A DNA stretch of 64,000 nt from the human T2T-CHM13v2.0 reference genome, Homo sapiens: NCBI RefSeq assembly GCF_009914755.1, contig NC_060948.1; one strand, written 5' to 3'. The notes beneath the pieces were generated by a model. It was not told the DNA's origin, made no database searches, and worked only from the letters and a program-made list of their open reading frames with translations. The translations under genes and the position numbers were made by a program. The stretch's first letter is position 1; each line of letters begins with the position of its first letter. Below, piece by piece: positions 14,717 to 33,559 of this stretch.

Positions 14717-15240
14717 GCCTGGTGGGAGGGGAGTGGAGATGGGGGTGTCCACGGGCCTGGTGGGAGGGGCGTGGAGATGGGGGTGTCCACGGGCCTGGTG
14801 GGAGGGGCGTGGAGATGGGGGTGTCCACGGGCCTGGTGGGAGGGGCGTGGAGATGGGGGTGTCCACGGGCCTGGTGGGAGGGGCGTGGAGATGGGGGTGT
14901 CCACGGGCCTGGTGGGAGGGGCGTGGAGATGGGGGTGTCCACGGGCCTGGTGGGAGGGGCGTGGAGATGGGGGTGTCCACGGGCCTGGTGGGAGGGGAGT
15001 GGAGATGGGGGTGTCCACGGGCCTGGTGGGAGGGGCGTGGAGATGGGGGTGTCCACGGGCCTGGTGGGAGGGGCGTGGAGATGGGGGTGTCCACGGGCCT
15101 GGTGGGAGGGGCGTGGAGATGGGGGTGTCCACGGGCCTGGTGGGAGGGGCGTGGAGATGGGGGTGTCCACGGGCCTGGTGGGAGGGGCGTGGAGATGGGG
15201 GTGTCCACGGGCCTGGTGGGAGGGGCGTGGAGATGGGGAT
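14717..15240. repeat. Near-perfect 38-bp G-rich VNTR GCCTGGTGGGAGGGGCGTGGAGATGGGGGTGTCCACGG (~13.5 copies)
   Basis: Exact 38-bp periodicity (14753, 14791, ...). Confidence 0.97.
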
Positions 15241-16089
15241 CCCCGCGGGGATGGTGGGAGGGGTTTGGAGATGAGGGTCCCCGCGAGAATGCTCGGAGGG
15301 GTATGGATATGGGGGTCCCCGCGGGCCGGGTGGGAAGGGCGGGGAGATGGGTGGGGGGGGGGGTCCCCGCGTGCCTGGTGGGAGGGGCGTGGAGAAGGTG
15401 GGGGTCCTTGTGGGAGGGGCGTGGACACTGGGGATCCGCGCGGGCGTGGTGATGGGCGCGGCGTGGGGACCCCCTGGGGGCGCGGTGCTGGGGGCGCAGG
15501 GATGGGACCAGGGCGGGCGCTGTGAGGTGGGGGACGCCCGGCTGTGCCTTCCCTCCCTAAACGGAGCCCACCTCCAGGGCAGCGGGTCCCTTGCGCGCCG
15601 CAGGCTGCAGGGGGCGCGCGTGAGCTGTGCGAGGATTTTTCTTAAACCCCAGAGCCCAGCCGCACCTGCTCCACATAAACCCAGCGTGGCGTGGAGACTC
15701 CGGGCACTGTTTCCCCAGCCTTTGTGACTCAAAAGATTTTAAAATAAAATGTCAAAAATAATAATATACCCAGAGCCTATGCCAGTGATGTGTAGATGCA
15801 GAAAATGGAATCCTACAGTTAATTTTGTTAACTGTGGAATGACATCCGAGGGTGTCCAACACATTACGGAGAAAACGAAAAACTGTAGTCAGAGAAGTCA
15901 CAGAAGAGCCAAATAAAAGAGAGGAAAAAAGCATCTAAACCATGTGATGTCTGATTTTCAATATTGTGAGTTTTTGAAAAAAAATTTTAAAAAGCACATA
16001 GATTCACATTTCAGAATTTTGGAGAAGTAACTTTCTTCGTTTTGAAGCGATAGAAGGAATCATAAGTTTATAAACTGTACTGCATATAA

Positions 16090-16443
<354 letters not shown>

Positions 16444-16574
16444 CTGCGGGTGAGATATTAAACATAAAGAAAAATAGCAAAGGAAATTACAGTAATTCTC
16501 TATAGAAGATGAAGTGAAGGCTGCCTCTTCCTACACGGGTACAGGCAAAGCTGGAGGGTTTAGTGACCTACAGT

Positions 16575-17320
16575 GGGGGTTGCTGGTAACTGTCACTCAA
16601 AACCCTGGGGCTTAAAACAGCAAAACTTAATTGTATTACAGCTCTGGAGCCCAGACATCTGAAATCAAGGAATAGGCAGGGCCACGCTCCCTCCGAAGGC
16701 TCTAGGGGAGGGTCCTTCCTGCCTCTCCCGCTCCTGGGGGCTCCAGGCATCCCTGGGCTTGTGGCCGCATCACTCTAGTCTCTGCCTCCGTCTCTACGTG
16801 GGTTTCTCTGTGTCTGTGTCTCCTCTTCTGTCTCTTACAAGGACACCTGTCATTGTGTTTAGGGCCCGTCCTTCTCCAGGATGATCTCATCTCCAGATTG
16901 TTAATCATATCTGCAAAGATCCTTTTTCCAAATGAGGTCCCATTCCCAGGCTCTGGGGCTTAGGACATGGACATATGGTTTGGAGCTCACCATCTAAACC
17001 ATTGCAATTGTGTTTGCTTCCTTCTGGAGGCTCTAGGGGAGGGTGCTTCCTGCCTCTTCCAGCTCCTGGGGGCTCCAGGCATCCCTGGGCTTGTGGCCGC
17101 ATCACTGCAGTCTCTGCCTCCATCTCCACGTGGCCTTCTCCTCTGTGTCTGTGTCTCCTCTTCTGTCTCTTACAAGGACACCTGTCATTGGACTTAGGGT
17201 CCACCTTAATCCAGCATGATATCTTGAAATCATGAACTAATTGCACATGTGAGGACCCTATTTCCAAATAAGGTGCCATTCACCAGGTGGACGTATCTAT
17301 GGGGAGGCACGAATCAACTC
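16575..17320 (-). mobile_element. MLT1C-like MaLR LTR, tandemly duplicated
   Basis: Two copies of ggctctagggga...gggggctccaggcatccctgggcttgtggccgcatcact...acaaggacacctgtcattg (~16698 and ~17029). Confidence 0.8.
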
Positions 17321-17519
17321 AGTCCCCCATACCAGCATTCCAGAAGGAGTGCTAACCAGAGATGGGGTCCAGCAGCCTTTAACATGCCTGTATTTATCCC
17401 TATAAGTTCTCCATTACGGCCACATCATTGAAACCCCAGCAGGCAGAGGTTTAACTGCTCTGGAGCCCTGACTACTGCAGCCTCCTCCTGCTCTCAATGT
17501 GCCCTTCCGTGACTTTCAG

Positions 17520-18163
<644 letters not shown>

Positions 18164-18164
18164 A

Positions 18165-18475
18165 ATGCCTGTCGTTAATAAGCAACCCAGTCTATGGTAT
18201 TCTGTGATAGCAGCCTGCAATGGACTAAGACATCTGATAAGAAGAGGAGAAGAGGAGCTGAAGACACAGACACACATGGAGGGACGACCCTGTGAGGACA
18301 CAGGGAGAAGACAGCGTCTCCAAGCCCAGGAGAGAGGCCTCAGGAGGAGCCAGCCTTGCCCACACCTTGACCTCAGACCTCCAGCCTCCAGGACTGTGGA
18401 AGAATCGATGTCTGTTGTCTAAGCTGTACAGCGTACAGGACTTTGCTATGGCAACCCCAGCAAACTCATACACCC
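18165..18475 (+). mobile_element. MLT1A/B-like MaLR LTR fragment
   Basis: aagaagagga...gacacagacacac...ccaagcccaggagagaggcctcaggagga, the same unit as the array at 57305-58160. Confidence 0.75.
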
Positions 18476-18609
18476 CGTCCCACCAGGCTGGGCTTCCATC
18501 CTTAATGTTCTGTTTTGCATTGAGCCAGCATTGCATGGTTGGAGGTTCAAAGATTCTCAAATGTGTGCATGTGTGTGGGTTTTGTGTAATTCAGTTGCCA
18601 GCAACTGAG

Positions 18610-18820
18610 GAGATCCTACCGTCCAGGAGACACCTGGCAATGTCTGAAGATATTTTTGGCCATCACGTCTGGAGGTGTGCGTGCAGTGCAGGGGTGCTGC
18701 TCCCATCTGGTGGGTGGAGCCCAGGGTCTCTGCTCAGCACCGTACAGTGCCCAGGATGGCCCCACCACAGAGAGTCCTCCAGCCCCAAATGTCAGCTGTG
18801 CTGAGGTGGGGGAACCCTGA
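18610..18820. mobile_element. MER20-like hAT DNA transposon
   Basis: ggcaatgtctgaagatattttt...gccccaaatgtcagctgtgctgaggtgggggaaccctg. Confidence 0.7.
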
Positions 18821-18836
18821 GTCAGCATGAGAGGGT

Positions 18837-22230
<3,394 letters not shown>

Positions 22231-22289
22231 CCAGCCTCTAGAACTGTGGCAAGCAATGTCTATTGTTTGTGAGCCACCCAGTTGATGGT

Positions 22290-23788
<1,499 letters not shown>

Positions 23789-23967
23789 ATGGTGTTTTGT
23801 TTGTTTGGTTTTTTGTTTGTTTCCAGCAGGATAAATGGACCAAGACAAGGAGCCTATGAAGAGGATAAGACATTGGATCCAGCATAAAATGGGATCTGTG
23901 TTTAAAATGCAAGCCCTGCAGAAATCAGAGACAGAAACACATTTGCCCTGTGCACTTCAAAGCTCAT

Positions 23968-24112
23968 GTTTTTTTTAATGTTTTATTTTTATTTTTTACA
24001 GAGATGAGTTCTCACTGTGTTGCCTAGGTTGGCCCTTGAACACCCGGACTCAATCAGTCCTCCCGCCTGAGCCTCCCAAAGTGCTGAGATTACCGGCATG
24101 AGCTGCCACGCC
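23968..24112 (-). mobile_element. FLAM/Alu monomer whose A-rich tail contains the candidate P2RY8 polyA signals
   Basis: Monomer consensus. Confidence 0.8.
23974..23993 (-). terminator. Polyadenylation signal cluster (AATAAA x2, ATTAAA) for P2RY8
   Basis: Plus-strand tttatt at 23982-23987 and 23988-23993, tttaat at 23974-23979. GT/T-rich sequence lies downstream on the minus strand. Confidence 0.6.
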
Positions 24113-24726
24113 TTGATGGAGGCTGAGACTTTTTGGAATCCCTCCCTCTCTCCATGTCCTGCCAAGAACAGAAGTAAAGTTTTCCATCTTAAAACATGTG
24201 TGTGAGTCAATAGACCTGTGTTATCTTTTCACTCAAAGCTCAACCAGTGAACAGACTGAGTCAGCTTCCAGGAAACATCCACGGCTGTAAGAGGGGGTGT
24301 CGGCTGCTCTCCATAGCCAAGTGGCTGCAAAAATCATCATACTGACAAAAAAAAAAATCGACGCATTTTGCCTGCTTGCAACGTCTTCCTTTGCTGGGGG
24401 ACGTCAGGGTTCTCGCACGTTGTCGAGGAAGGATATTGTCTCGGCTTCCTCTGACTCAAGCTCTCATTTTTGTTTACAAGGCAGTTTAGGGATCGTCCGT
24501 GCGTTACTGTGAAGATGCTACTCTGAGGTTTTTCACAGTTTTTTTTCCCCCATGAGACACACCCAAGGCCCACGCTCAGCACTTGCGACCTGTACTCCTG
24601 CAGCCTGGATGCTTCTGTATCAGCTTTGCTTTCTAGGGTTCAGCTTTGGAACAGTCTAGAGAAGCAGGAGGTTAATTTTCCTCCTTCTGTGGAAGTTCTG
24701 GGTCTCTTACGCATCCTCCAGTTCCC

Positions 24727-25340
24727 CCTGGAGGCTCTAGGGGAGGATCCTTCCTGCCTCTCCCAGCTCCTGGGGGCTCCAGGTGTCCCTGGGCTTGTGG
24801 CCGCATCACTCCAGTCTGCCTCTGTCTCCACGTGTCCTCCTGCTCTGTGTCTGTGTCTCCTCTTCTGTCTCTTGGAAGGACACCTGTCATGGCATTTAGG
24901 GTGCTTAATAATCCAGCACAATCTCATCTTCATATCCTTAAGTAATTACACATGCAAAGTTCCTTATTACCGAATAAAATCTATAATAATTTCAGGTTCT
25001 GGGCTTTAAAACAAGACATGTCTTTCTGGGGCAACTGTTTAGTGCACTCTGCAATTGTATCCAGTTCCCTCCAGAGACTCTAGGGGAGGGTCCTTCCTGC
25101 CTCTCCCAGCTCCTGGGGACTCCAGGCATCCCTGGGCTTGGGGCAGCATCACTTCAGTCTCTGCCTCTGTCTTTATGTGGCCTCCTGCTTTGTGTCTGTG
25201 TCTCCTCTTCCGTCTCTCATAGGGACACTGGATTGGGCCCATTGTAAATGCAGTATGGCCTCGCCTTACTTAATTACATTTGGAAAGACCCGATTTTCAA
25301 ACATGGTCCCATCCTGATGTTCCAGGTGGACACGGGTTTG
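24727..25340 (-). mobile_element. MLT1C-like LTR, tandemly duplicated, within the probable P2RY8 3' UTR
   Basis: Two copies (~24733 and ~25076) of the same unit seen at 16575-17320. Confidence 0.78.
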
Positions 25341-26846
25341 GGAATGATAATTCATTACTAAACCATCTCTGTTTTCCTGCCATAGTGATGACGGCAGGAG
25401 AGAGGCACCAATAGAGGGCCTCCGAACAGCAGCTTCAGCCTCCATCAGCGTCCCCAGTGCACAGAAAGGGAGGGGCCGGGCATCCAAGGCCACCCACTGC
25501 GGAGACGCAGAGCCCGTGGGCAGACAGGCAGCTCTCCCACTCCCACCTCCAGAATGGTCTTTCTCGCCCAAGAGAGCCTGGGATCCAATTCCACGTGATG
25601 TCCCAGCACCCCTGGAGAGTCAGAGCTCTTCTTTGCGCTAAACCAGCTCAGGTGTTGGGGCTGGTGCAGGCACATGCCGTGTAGAAGAAGACAGACAAAG
25701 ACCCAGCCTGCTCACCACCCACACAGCAGGGAGGGGGCTCAGCGGCTGACACCCCTGTAGGTTCCTGGGGTCCACACCTGCATCTGCTGCTTGGTCTCCA
25801 AACGGTCTCATGGGTCAGGCCAGTTGCCTGCTTCCTGGACTCCAGATGGACTTGCCATGGCTGAGGCTCTCCATGGGGTAAAAGGACGCGGAGAATGGGC
25901 AGGAGGTGGGGAACTCCCGAATCAAGCTGCACCCTTGTGTTGGGATGGGCTGGACCCCATCTCACGGAGCCTCCTTTCCGCACCTGGGCCTCCCGTGGTC
26001 CTTGTCCTGAGTCACGGAAGCCTGAGTGTGTTCCAGGGGCCTGATGGGACCTCCTTCTCTATCAGGGACTCACAGAAGCAGAATAGGGGTGGGGTCCCAC
26101 CAAGCCAGGCCAGAACAAATGTGCCAAAAATCACCTTGGTCAGCAACAGGGTGGGGTGTGTGTGTGGGGGGAAGTGGGCACGGAGAGTAGCTGACTTGCA
26201 GGAGCCCCAGGCGCTCCTCTGAAAGAAGAATTCCAACCACAGCAACCACAGTGCCCCTGAGTGAAATAAACAGAAATTTCGGCGTGCACCGGGCTACGGA
26301 GACCAGAACCCCTGGAGGAGAATGGAGAAGGCCAGAACCACAACTAAGGGACGATGTCAGCAGGGAGAAGAGCTGGGAATGGGGCTCGCAGTTCGCCCAC
26401 GGAGGATATCCAGAAACCGAGTCGGGTAGGCGGTGGGGCTGGTTGAATATCCACCCTCGGGTATGGACAGGTGTGAGGAGTGTCTAAGGAGCTCGGGGGT
26501 GACAGCCCAGCTCTACTAAAAAAAATACAAAAATTAGCCGGGCGTGGTGACACAAGCTGTCCCCTGACACAGAGAGGCAGAGGCACCCTCTGCAGGATAA
26601 CAAGCACCCTGTGCGCTGCTGGGCTTTGCTTGTTTCTCTACCCTGAGTGAAGCCTGGAGACCCTTCCTCACCGGTGCCTCTGCAGTGCCTGGGAGGAATA
26701 AAGCCTGGAGACCCTTCCCCACCGGGCCTCTGCAGTGCCTGGGAGCAACGCAGCTGTTCTCCCTGAACCTCTGGCACCGTGGCCTCTCCATGCGCCCCTG
26801 GATCTCCAAGCTGCGCCCCCGGCTCTCCAAGCTGCGCCCCCGGGAC

Positions 26847-27926
26847 TCAGAACACACTCTCCTGCCTCTGGAGGCCGGGCCTGGTGGCTCCCTCCATCCC
26901 TTCAGGGTGCGCACCGGCCTCGGAGCGCACGGACGTGGTCCTGGCGGAGAAGAGGCTCTCGCGGCGCGTGTCCAGGGTGTCTCTGGGCACCCGGCGGCAG
27001 CCCAAATATTCCCGCAGGCGCAGCTGGAATTCCCGGGACGCAAAGTAATAAACAAACGGGTCCAGACAGTTGTTGAGGCAGCTGAGACACAGCGTGAGCT
27101 TGTACACGTGGTAGTAGCTCTTGCCGTAGAACAGGCGGCTCACGATGTGCGCCAGGAGCACGAAGTTGTTGGGGGCGAAGCAGGTGACAAAGGCCAGCAA
27201 GACCACCGCGGCCAGGCCCACCGCGCGCCTCCGCTGCTCCCGGCCGTGCGCCTCCTCCGTGCGCAACAGCTTGAGGATGGTGGCCGTGTAACAAGCCACG
27301 GTGATCACGAACGGGATGAGGAACAGCAGGATGAAGATGGTGAAGAGGAACACGGCCCACATGGCCACGCTGGGGAGCATCGTCCACTTGAGGACGTCGA
27401 AGCAGGTGATGATGCCCAGGGCGTGCACCGGGTAGGTGAGATCGGTGCGCGCCAGCGGGGACAGGGCGGTCAGGAGCAGCAGCCAGGTCCCTGCACACGC
27501 GGCCACCGCGTAACGACGGCGGCGCCAGCGCTTGGAGCTGAGCGGGTACAGGACCCCCAGGAAGCGCTCCACGCTGATACAGGTCATGGTGAGGATGCTG
27601 GAATACATGTTTGCGTAAAAGGCCACGGTCACCACGTTGCAAAGCAGCACCCCGAATACCCAGTGGTGGCGGTTGCAATGGTAGTAGATTTGGAAAGGCA
27701 ACACGCTGGCCAGCATCAGGTCCGTGACGCTCAGGTTGATCATGAAGATGACCGACGGGGATCTGGGCCCCATGCGCCGGCACAGCACCCACAGAGAGAA
27801 GAGGTTGCCCGGGATGCTGACCGCCGCCACCAGCGAGTACACCACGGGCAGGGCCACCGCGATCGCCGGGTTCCGCAGCATCTGCAGCGTCGCGTTGTCC
27901 GGGCCGGTGCTGTTCGGGACCTGCAT
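26847..27926 (-). CDS. P2RY8: P2Y receptor family member 8 (class A GPCR), single coding exon, 359 aa
   Basis: MQVPNSTGPDNATLQML...LQRQESVF. Seven hydrophobic segments with GN (TM1), ERF (DRY-equivalent), CFAP (TM6) and DPFVY (TM7). Splice acceptor CCCTTGCAG at 27951-27953, 24 nt upstream of the ATG, so the ORF track's upstream extension is intronic. Confidence 0.98.
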   Translation of the reverse strand: MQVPNSTGPDNATLQMLRNPAIAVALPVVYSLVAAVSIPGNLFSLWVLCRRMGPRSPSVIFMINLSVTDLMLASVLPFQIYYHCNRHHWVFGVLLCNVVTVAFYANMYSSILTMTCISVERFLGVLYPLSSKRWRRRRYAVAACAGTWLLLLTALSPLARTDLTYPVHALGIITCFDVLKWTMLPSVAMWAVFLFTIFILLFLIPFVITVACYTATILKLLRTEEAHGREQRRRAVGLAAVVLLAFVTCFAPNNFVLLAHIVSRLFYGKSYYHVYKLTLCLSCLNNCLDPFVYYFASREFQLRLREYLGCRRVPRDTLDTRRESLFSARTTSVRSEAGAHPEGMEGATRPGLQRQESVF

Positions 27927-28074
27927 CCTGGAGGGGTCCTCGCCCGGGCTCTGCAAGGGAAGGAGGGAAGGGTGCACGGGTCAGGGGCGCAGGTAAAGAG
28001 GCGGCTGCCGGGAGGGCTCCTGAGCGCCGCTCCCCGGGGACCAAGGCGGGGGAGATGCTTTAGCAGGGCCTGCT

Positions 28075-28290
28075 GTCTCCTCCCTCCCTCCCTCCCTCCC
28101 TTAGTTCCTCCTTCCCTCTCCTCCTTCCTTCCCTCCCTCTCTGCCTCCTTTCTTCACCCTGTGTCATTCTTTTCTTCTTTCCTGTCTTCTCCCCTTTCTT
28201 CTTCCTTCCTCCTCTCTCCTTCCTTCTCTTCTTCCCTCCTTCCTTCCTTCCTTCCTTCCCGCCCTCCCTCCCTCCCGTCCTTCCTTGGAT
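28075..28290. repeat. Polypyrimidine/polypurine low-complexity tract
   Basis: (CCTT/CCCT)n. Confidence 0.9.
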
Positions 28291-29044
28291 CAGGGAGGTC
28301 ATTGGAGACCTCGGCCCACGTCAGAGGCTGAGACTCTTAGATGATCCACAGTGGGGCTGTGGCTCCCCTGGGCAGGTTGAATGCATTGTCATACAAACCT
28401 CAAGACTCAGTGTCCCCCGTGGACGGAAACCACAAAGCCACCGTCAGCCCCCAGGGTGGTCTTAATGGGAATTCTTGACACCCTGGCAGTATTAGTCTGG
28501 GTATGAGTCCTCTCATCTCAGGGGCATCCACCCACAAAGTGTCTATCAGCAGAAAACACACACTCCGAGTGCCAGGAGACCAACCCGCAGCCTCCAAAGT
28601 CTTTCCAGCTTTTAACACCCGCGTCAACCCACGGCTCCTCCCTGCTCTTTCTTCCTCCAGAGGAGACCTGCGACTTCTTACCAACTGCTCTACAAACAGC
28701 TTCCTCAAGCTGGCTTTAAAATGGCCCGGAGTTTTCGTTTCAGTTTCAGGGAGAAGTTTTCTGACCCGCCGGTCCGTGCCCAGGTGTGAAACCTACAGTT
28801 ATGCACGAGTCAGCACCGCTCCCCACGGCCAGCTGGGCACCTCCAGCCACCTATGGCTTCAGGAGGAAAAGCAGACCCTTCCTTCTTTGGGTTCCGCTTG
28901 GTGTGGCCGTGGGGGACGTCTGGAAGGAGAGACGCTTTATCCATGAGCTGGTGATGAAAAAGTGTCTGTCAAAGGGACACTACTTTTATTTTGAGAATGT
29001 AAAGTGGACAGAGCTGGAAACAGGGGTGCCCTGGAATTGTTCTT

Positions 29045-29605
29045 TTGTTTGTTTGTTTTATAGATATGGGGTCTTGCCTTGTTGCCCAGGCTGGAGGGCA
29101 GTAGTGCAAACGTAACTCACTGCAGCCTCCAACGCCTGGCCTCAAGCAATCCTCCTGCCTCAGCCTCCTGAGTAGTTGGGACTACAGGTGAGAGTACAAC
29201 CACGCCCAGCTAATATTTTTATTTTTTGTAGATACAGAGTTTTGCTATGTTTCCCAGGCTGGTCTCAAACTCCTGGCCTCAAGCAATCCTCCTGCCTCAG
29301 CCTCCTGAGTAGCTGGGACTACAGGTGACAGTACCTCCGTGCCCAGCTAACATTTTTATTTTTTATAGATACACAGTTTTGCTACATTTCCCAGGCTGGT
29401 CTCAAACTCCTGGCCTCAAGCAATCCTCCTGAGTACCTGGGACTGCAGGTGCATGCCACCCTGCCCAGCTAATATTTTTATTTTCTGTAGACATGGGGTT
29501 TGGCTATGTTGCCCAGGCTGGTCTCAAACTCCTGGCCTCAAGCAATCCTCCTGCCTCGGCCTCCCAAAGCATTGGGATTACAGGTGTGAGCAACACACCT
29601 GGGCT
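29045..29605 (-). mobile_element. AluJ-like element with internal tandem multiplication
   Basis: ctcaagcaatcctcct repeats at ~29141, 29278, 29415 and 29537. Confidence 0.85.
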
Positions 29606-30089
29606 GGAATTTGTTGCTTTAACTCTCCACGTAGGCAGCAGTGCCTCGCACACATTTAAACACCACGTGCTGTTGAAAGTCCTACGATGGCGGCCTCACC
29701 CGGCCACCCTCGTGTCTGTACCTGTGTGGTCTGGGGATCCAGCAAGCAGCCTCTTGGCAGCCAGATCTGTTGCCATTTCGAGTCTGTGCCCTGTGGCCAC
29801 CGGACAGCCCCCGGGGAAGACAGACAGCCAGGACTGCTGAGGAACGCGCATGACTAATCAAGAAATTACCTCTAACTGATGCCAGCTGCCCTGACACAGG
29901 AGGCACAGGCTTGCGGTTTGGGCCCCGCCGGGGCTCAGCGGGCAGGATGGAAATTTTAGAAAATCAGCACAACGGTTGTTCTTGGCGGTGTCTGGCCTGC
30001 AGAGGTGGCTGTCCAGAAATTTCTGGGCACTGAATTGTCTGAAGCAACGGACAGACCACAGGTGGGCGCTCAGGGGCTGTAGGTGGGAC

Positions 30090-30545
30090 CCTCCTCTCCT
30101 CTCTCCTCTCTCCTCTCTCCCCTCTCTCCTCTCCCCTCTCCCCTCTCCCCTCTCCCCTCCCCTTCCCTCTCCCCTCTCCCCTCCCCTTCCCTCTCCCCTC
30201 TCCCCTCCCCTTCCCTCTCCCCTCTCCCCTCCCCTTCCCTCTCCCCTCTCCCCTCCCCTTCCCTCTCCCCTCTCCTTCCCTCTCCCCTCTCCCCTCCCCT
30301 TCCCTCTCCCCTCTCCCCTCCCCTTCCCTCTCCCCTCACCCCTCCCCTTCCCTCTCCCCTCTCCCCTCCCCTTCCCTCTCCCCTCTCCCCTCCCCTTCCT
30401 TCTCCTTCCCTCTCCCCTCTCCTTCCCTCTCCCCTTCCCTCTCTCCTCTCCTTCCCTCTCTCCTCTCCTTCCCTCTCTCCTCTCCTTCCCTCTCTCCTCT
30501 CCTTCCCTCTCTCCTCTCCTTTCCTCTCCCCTCTCCCCTCTTTTC
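30090..30545. repeat. (CCCTCT/CCCTT)n polypyrimidine array at the tail of an antisense Alu (30545-30825)
   Basis: Direct reading, ~24 bp unit cttccctctcccctctcccctccc. Confidence 0.92.
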
Positions 30546-30949
30546 TTTTCGCAGTCTGTCATCCAGGCTGGAATGCAATGGCGTGATCTCGGCTCACTGC
30601 AACCTCTGTCTCCCTGCTTCAAGCGATTCTCCTGCCTCAGCCTCCTGAGTAGCTGGGATTACATGCATGCACCACCACGCCTGGCTGATTTTTTACTTTT
30701 TGTAGCCCCAAAAAGAGTTTCACCATGTTAACCAGGCTGGTCTTGAATTCCTGACCTCAGGTGAGCCACCAGCCCCGGCCTCCTAAAGTGCTGGGATGAC
30801 AGTCGTGAGCCACTGCACCTGGCCAGGTTGGACCCTTTTTCTTATGCTTTGCAGGTAAATGCACACCTGTCTGGCAGCAATGCATCCAGCAATGTTTCTC
30901 TCCTCTTGAGGGTCTGTGTGTATCTCCTCCAGCCCTCTCACTTATTTCT

Positions 30950-32185
<1,236 letters not shown>

Positions 32186-32194
32186 GTTCTTTCT

Positions 32195-32968
<774 letters not shown>

Positions 32969-33559
32969 GTGTTCCTGATTCTTGGCTATTGTGCATAAAG
33001 CTGCTCTTCCCTCATTCCCAGCCCTGGGAACCCCTTTCTAAAGGGTTCAGATGCTGAGTGCAGTGATCACTACAGTCTTGTTCCGGGTGGACCTTACAGG
33101 GTTGGGATGAGAAATAGACAAAAGGCGTCTCCTCGTGGGCAGCAGGGATTGCATGCCGGTGACAGACCCTTTTTTGCCAGCTATTGTCTTCTGGCTATAA
33201 CCACCCCTCTTTCCTGAGTGCTGGGGGCTGTCCCAGCTGTTGAACACACAGGGGAGTGAGAGGCCCCAGCCCTAAGGAACCACAAGCCAGCCCCGTGCTT
33301 GTTGTCTGCTCTCCTTTCTGTTTTCTGGGGGTGTTTGCACCACCCAGTTTGTGGTTCTTTTGATAGGGCTGCCTCAGGAGGCCCTCAACCCCAAAGACAG
33401 CAAATGGCACTCTGTTGGAGCTGTGGATTTGGAAGACAAAACAGACGCTGGCTTCAATTACCTACTTTGATTATGTAGAAGGAAGTTGTCGTGGGCCACA
33501 CCCTGGCTGATACTCTCGGTATTATGGCCATTTCTTACTTAGAAATAGGGTCTGCGTCT

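Larger units (their letters stand above)
23945..26846 (-). other. P2RY8: Probable P2RY8 3' UTR (contains MLT1 and Alu fragments); 3' end approximate
   Basis: Follows the stop codon and runs to a cluster of polyadenylation signals near 23974-23993. Length agrees with my recollection of a ~4 kb mRNA. Confidence 0.65.

Noticed and set aside
14140-15732. Pro-rich and Gly/Trp-rich ORFs of 270-530 aa
   Set aside because: Products of the stop-free 38-bp VNTR and the CpG island.
27927-27977. 17-aa N-terminal extension of P2RY8 in the ORF track
   Set aside because: Starts at a non-ATG codon and crosses the splice acceptor at 27951-27953.
26685-28331. 548-aa plus-strand ORF antisense to P2RY8, and the 380-aa alternative-frame ORF 26902-28044
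   Set aside because: Shadow ORFs caused by the GC-rich codon usage of the GPCR, extended by a pyrimidine tract; no recognisable domain.
30090-30825. Possible SVA (CCCTCT hexamers next to antisense Alu-like sequence)
   Set aside because: No SVA VNTR or SINE-R follows; the Alu is an ordinary full element and the tract sits at its tail.
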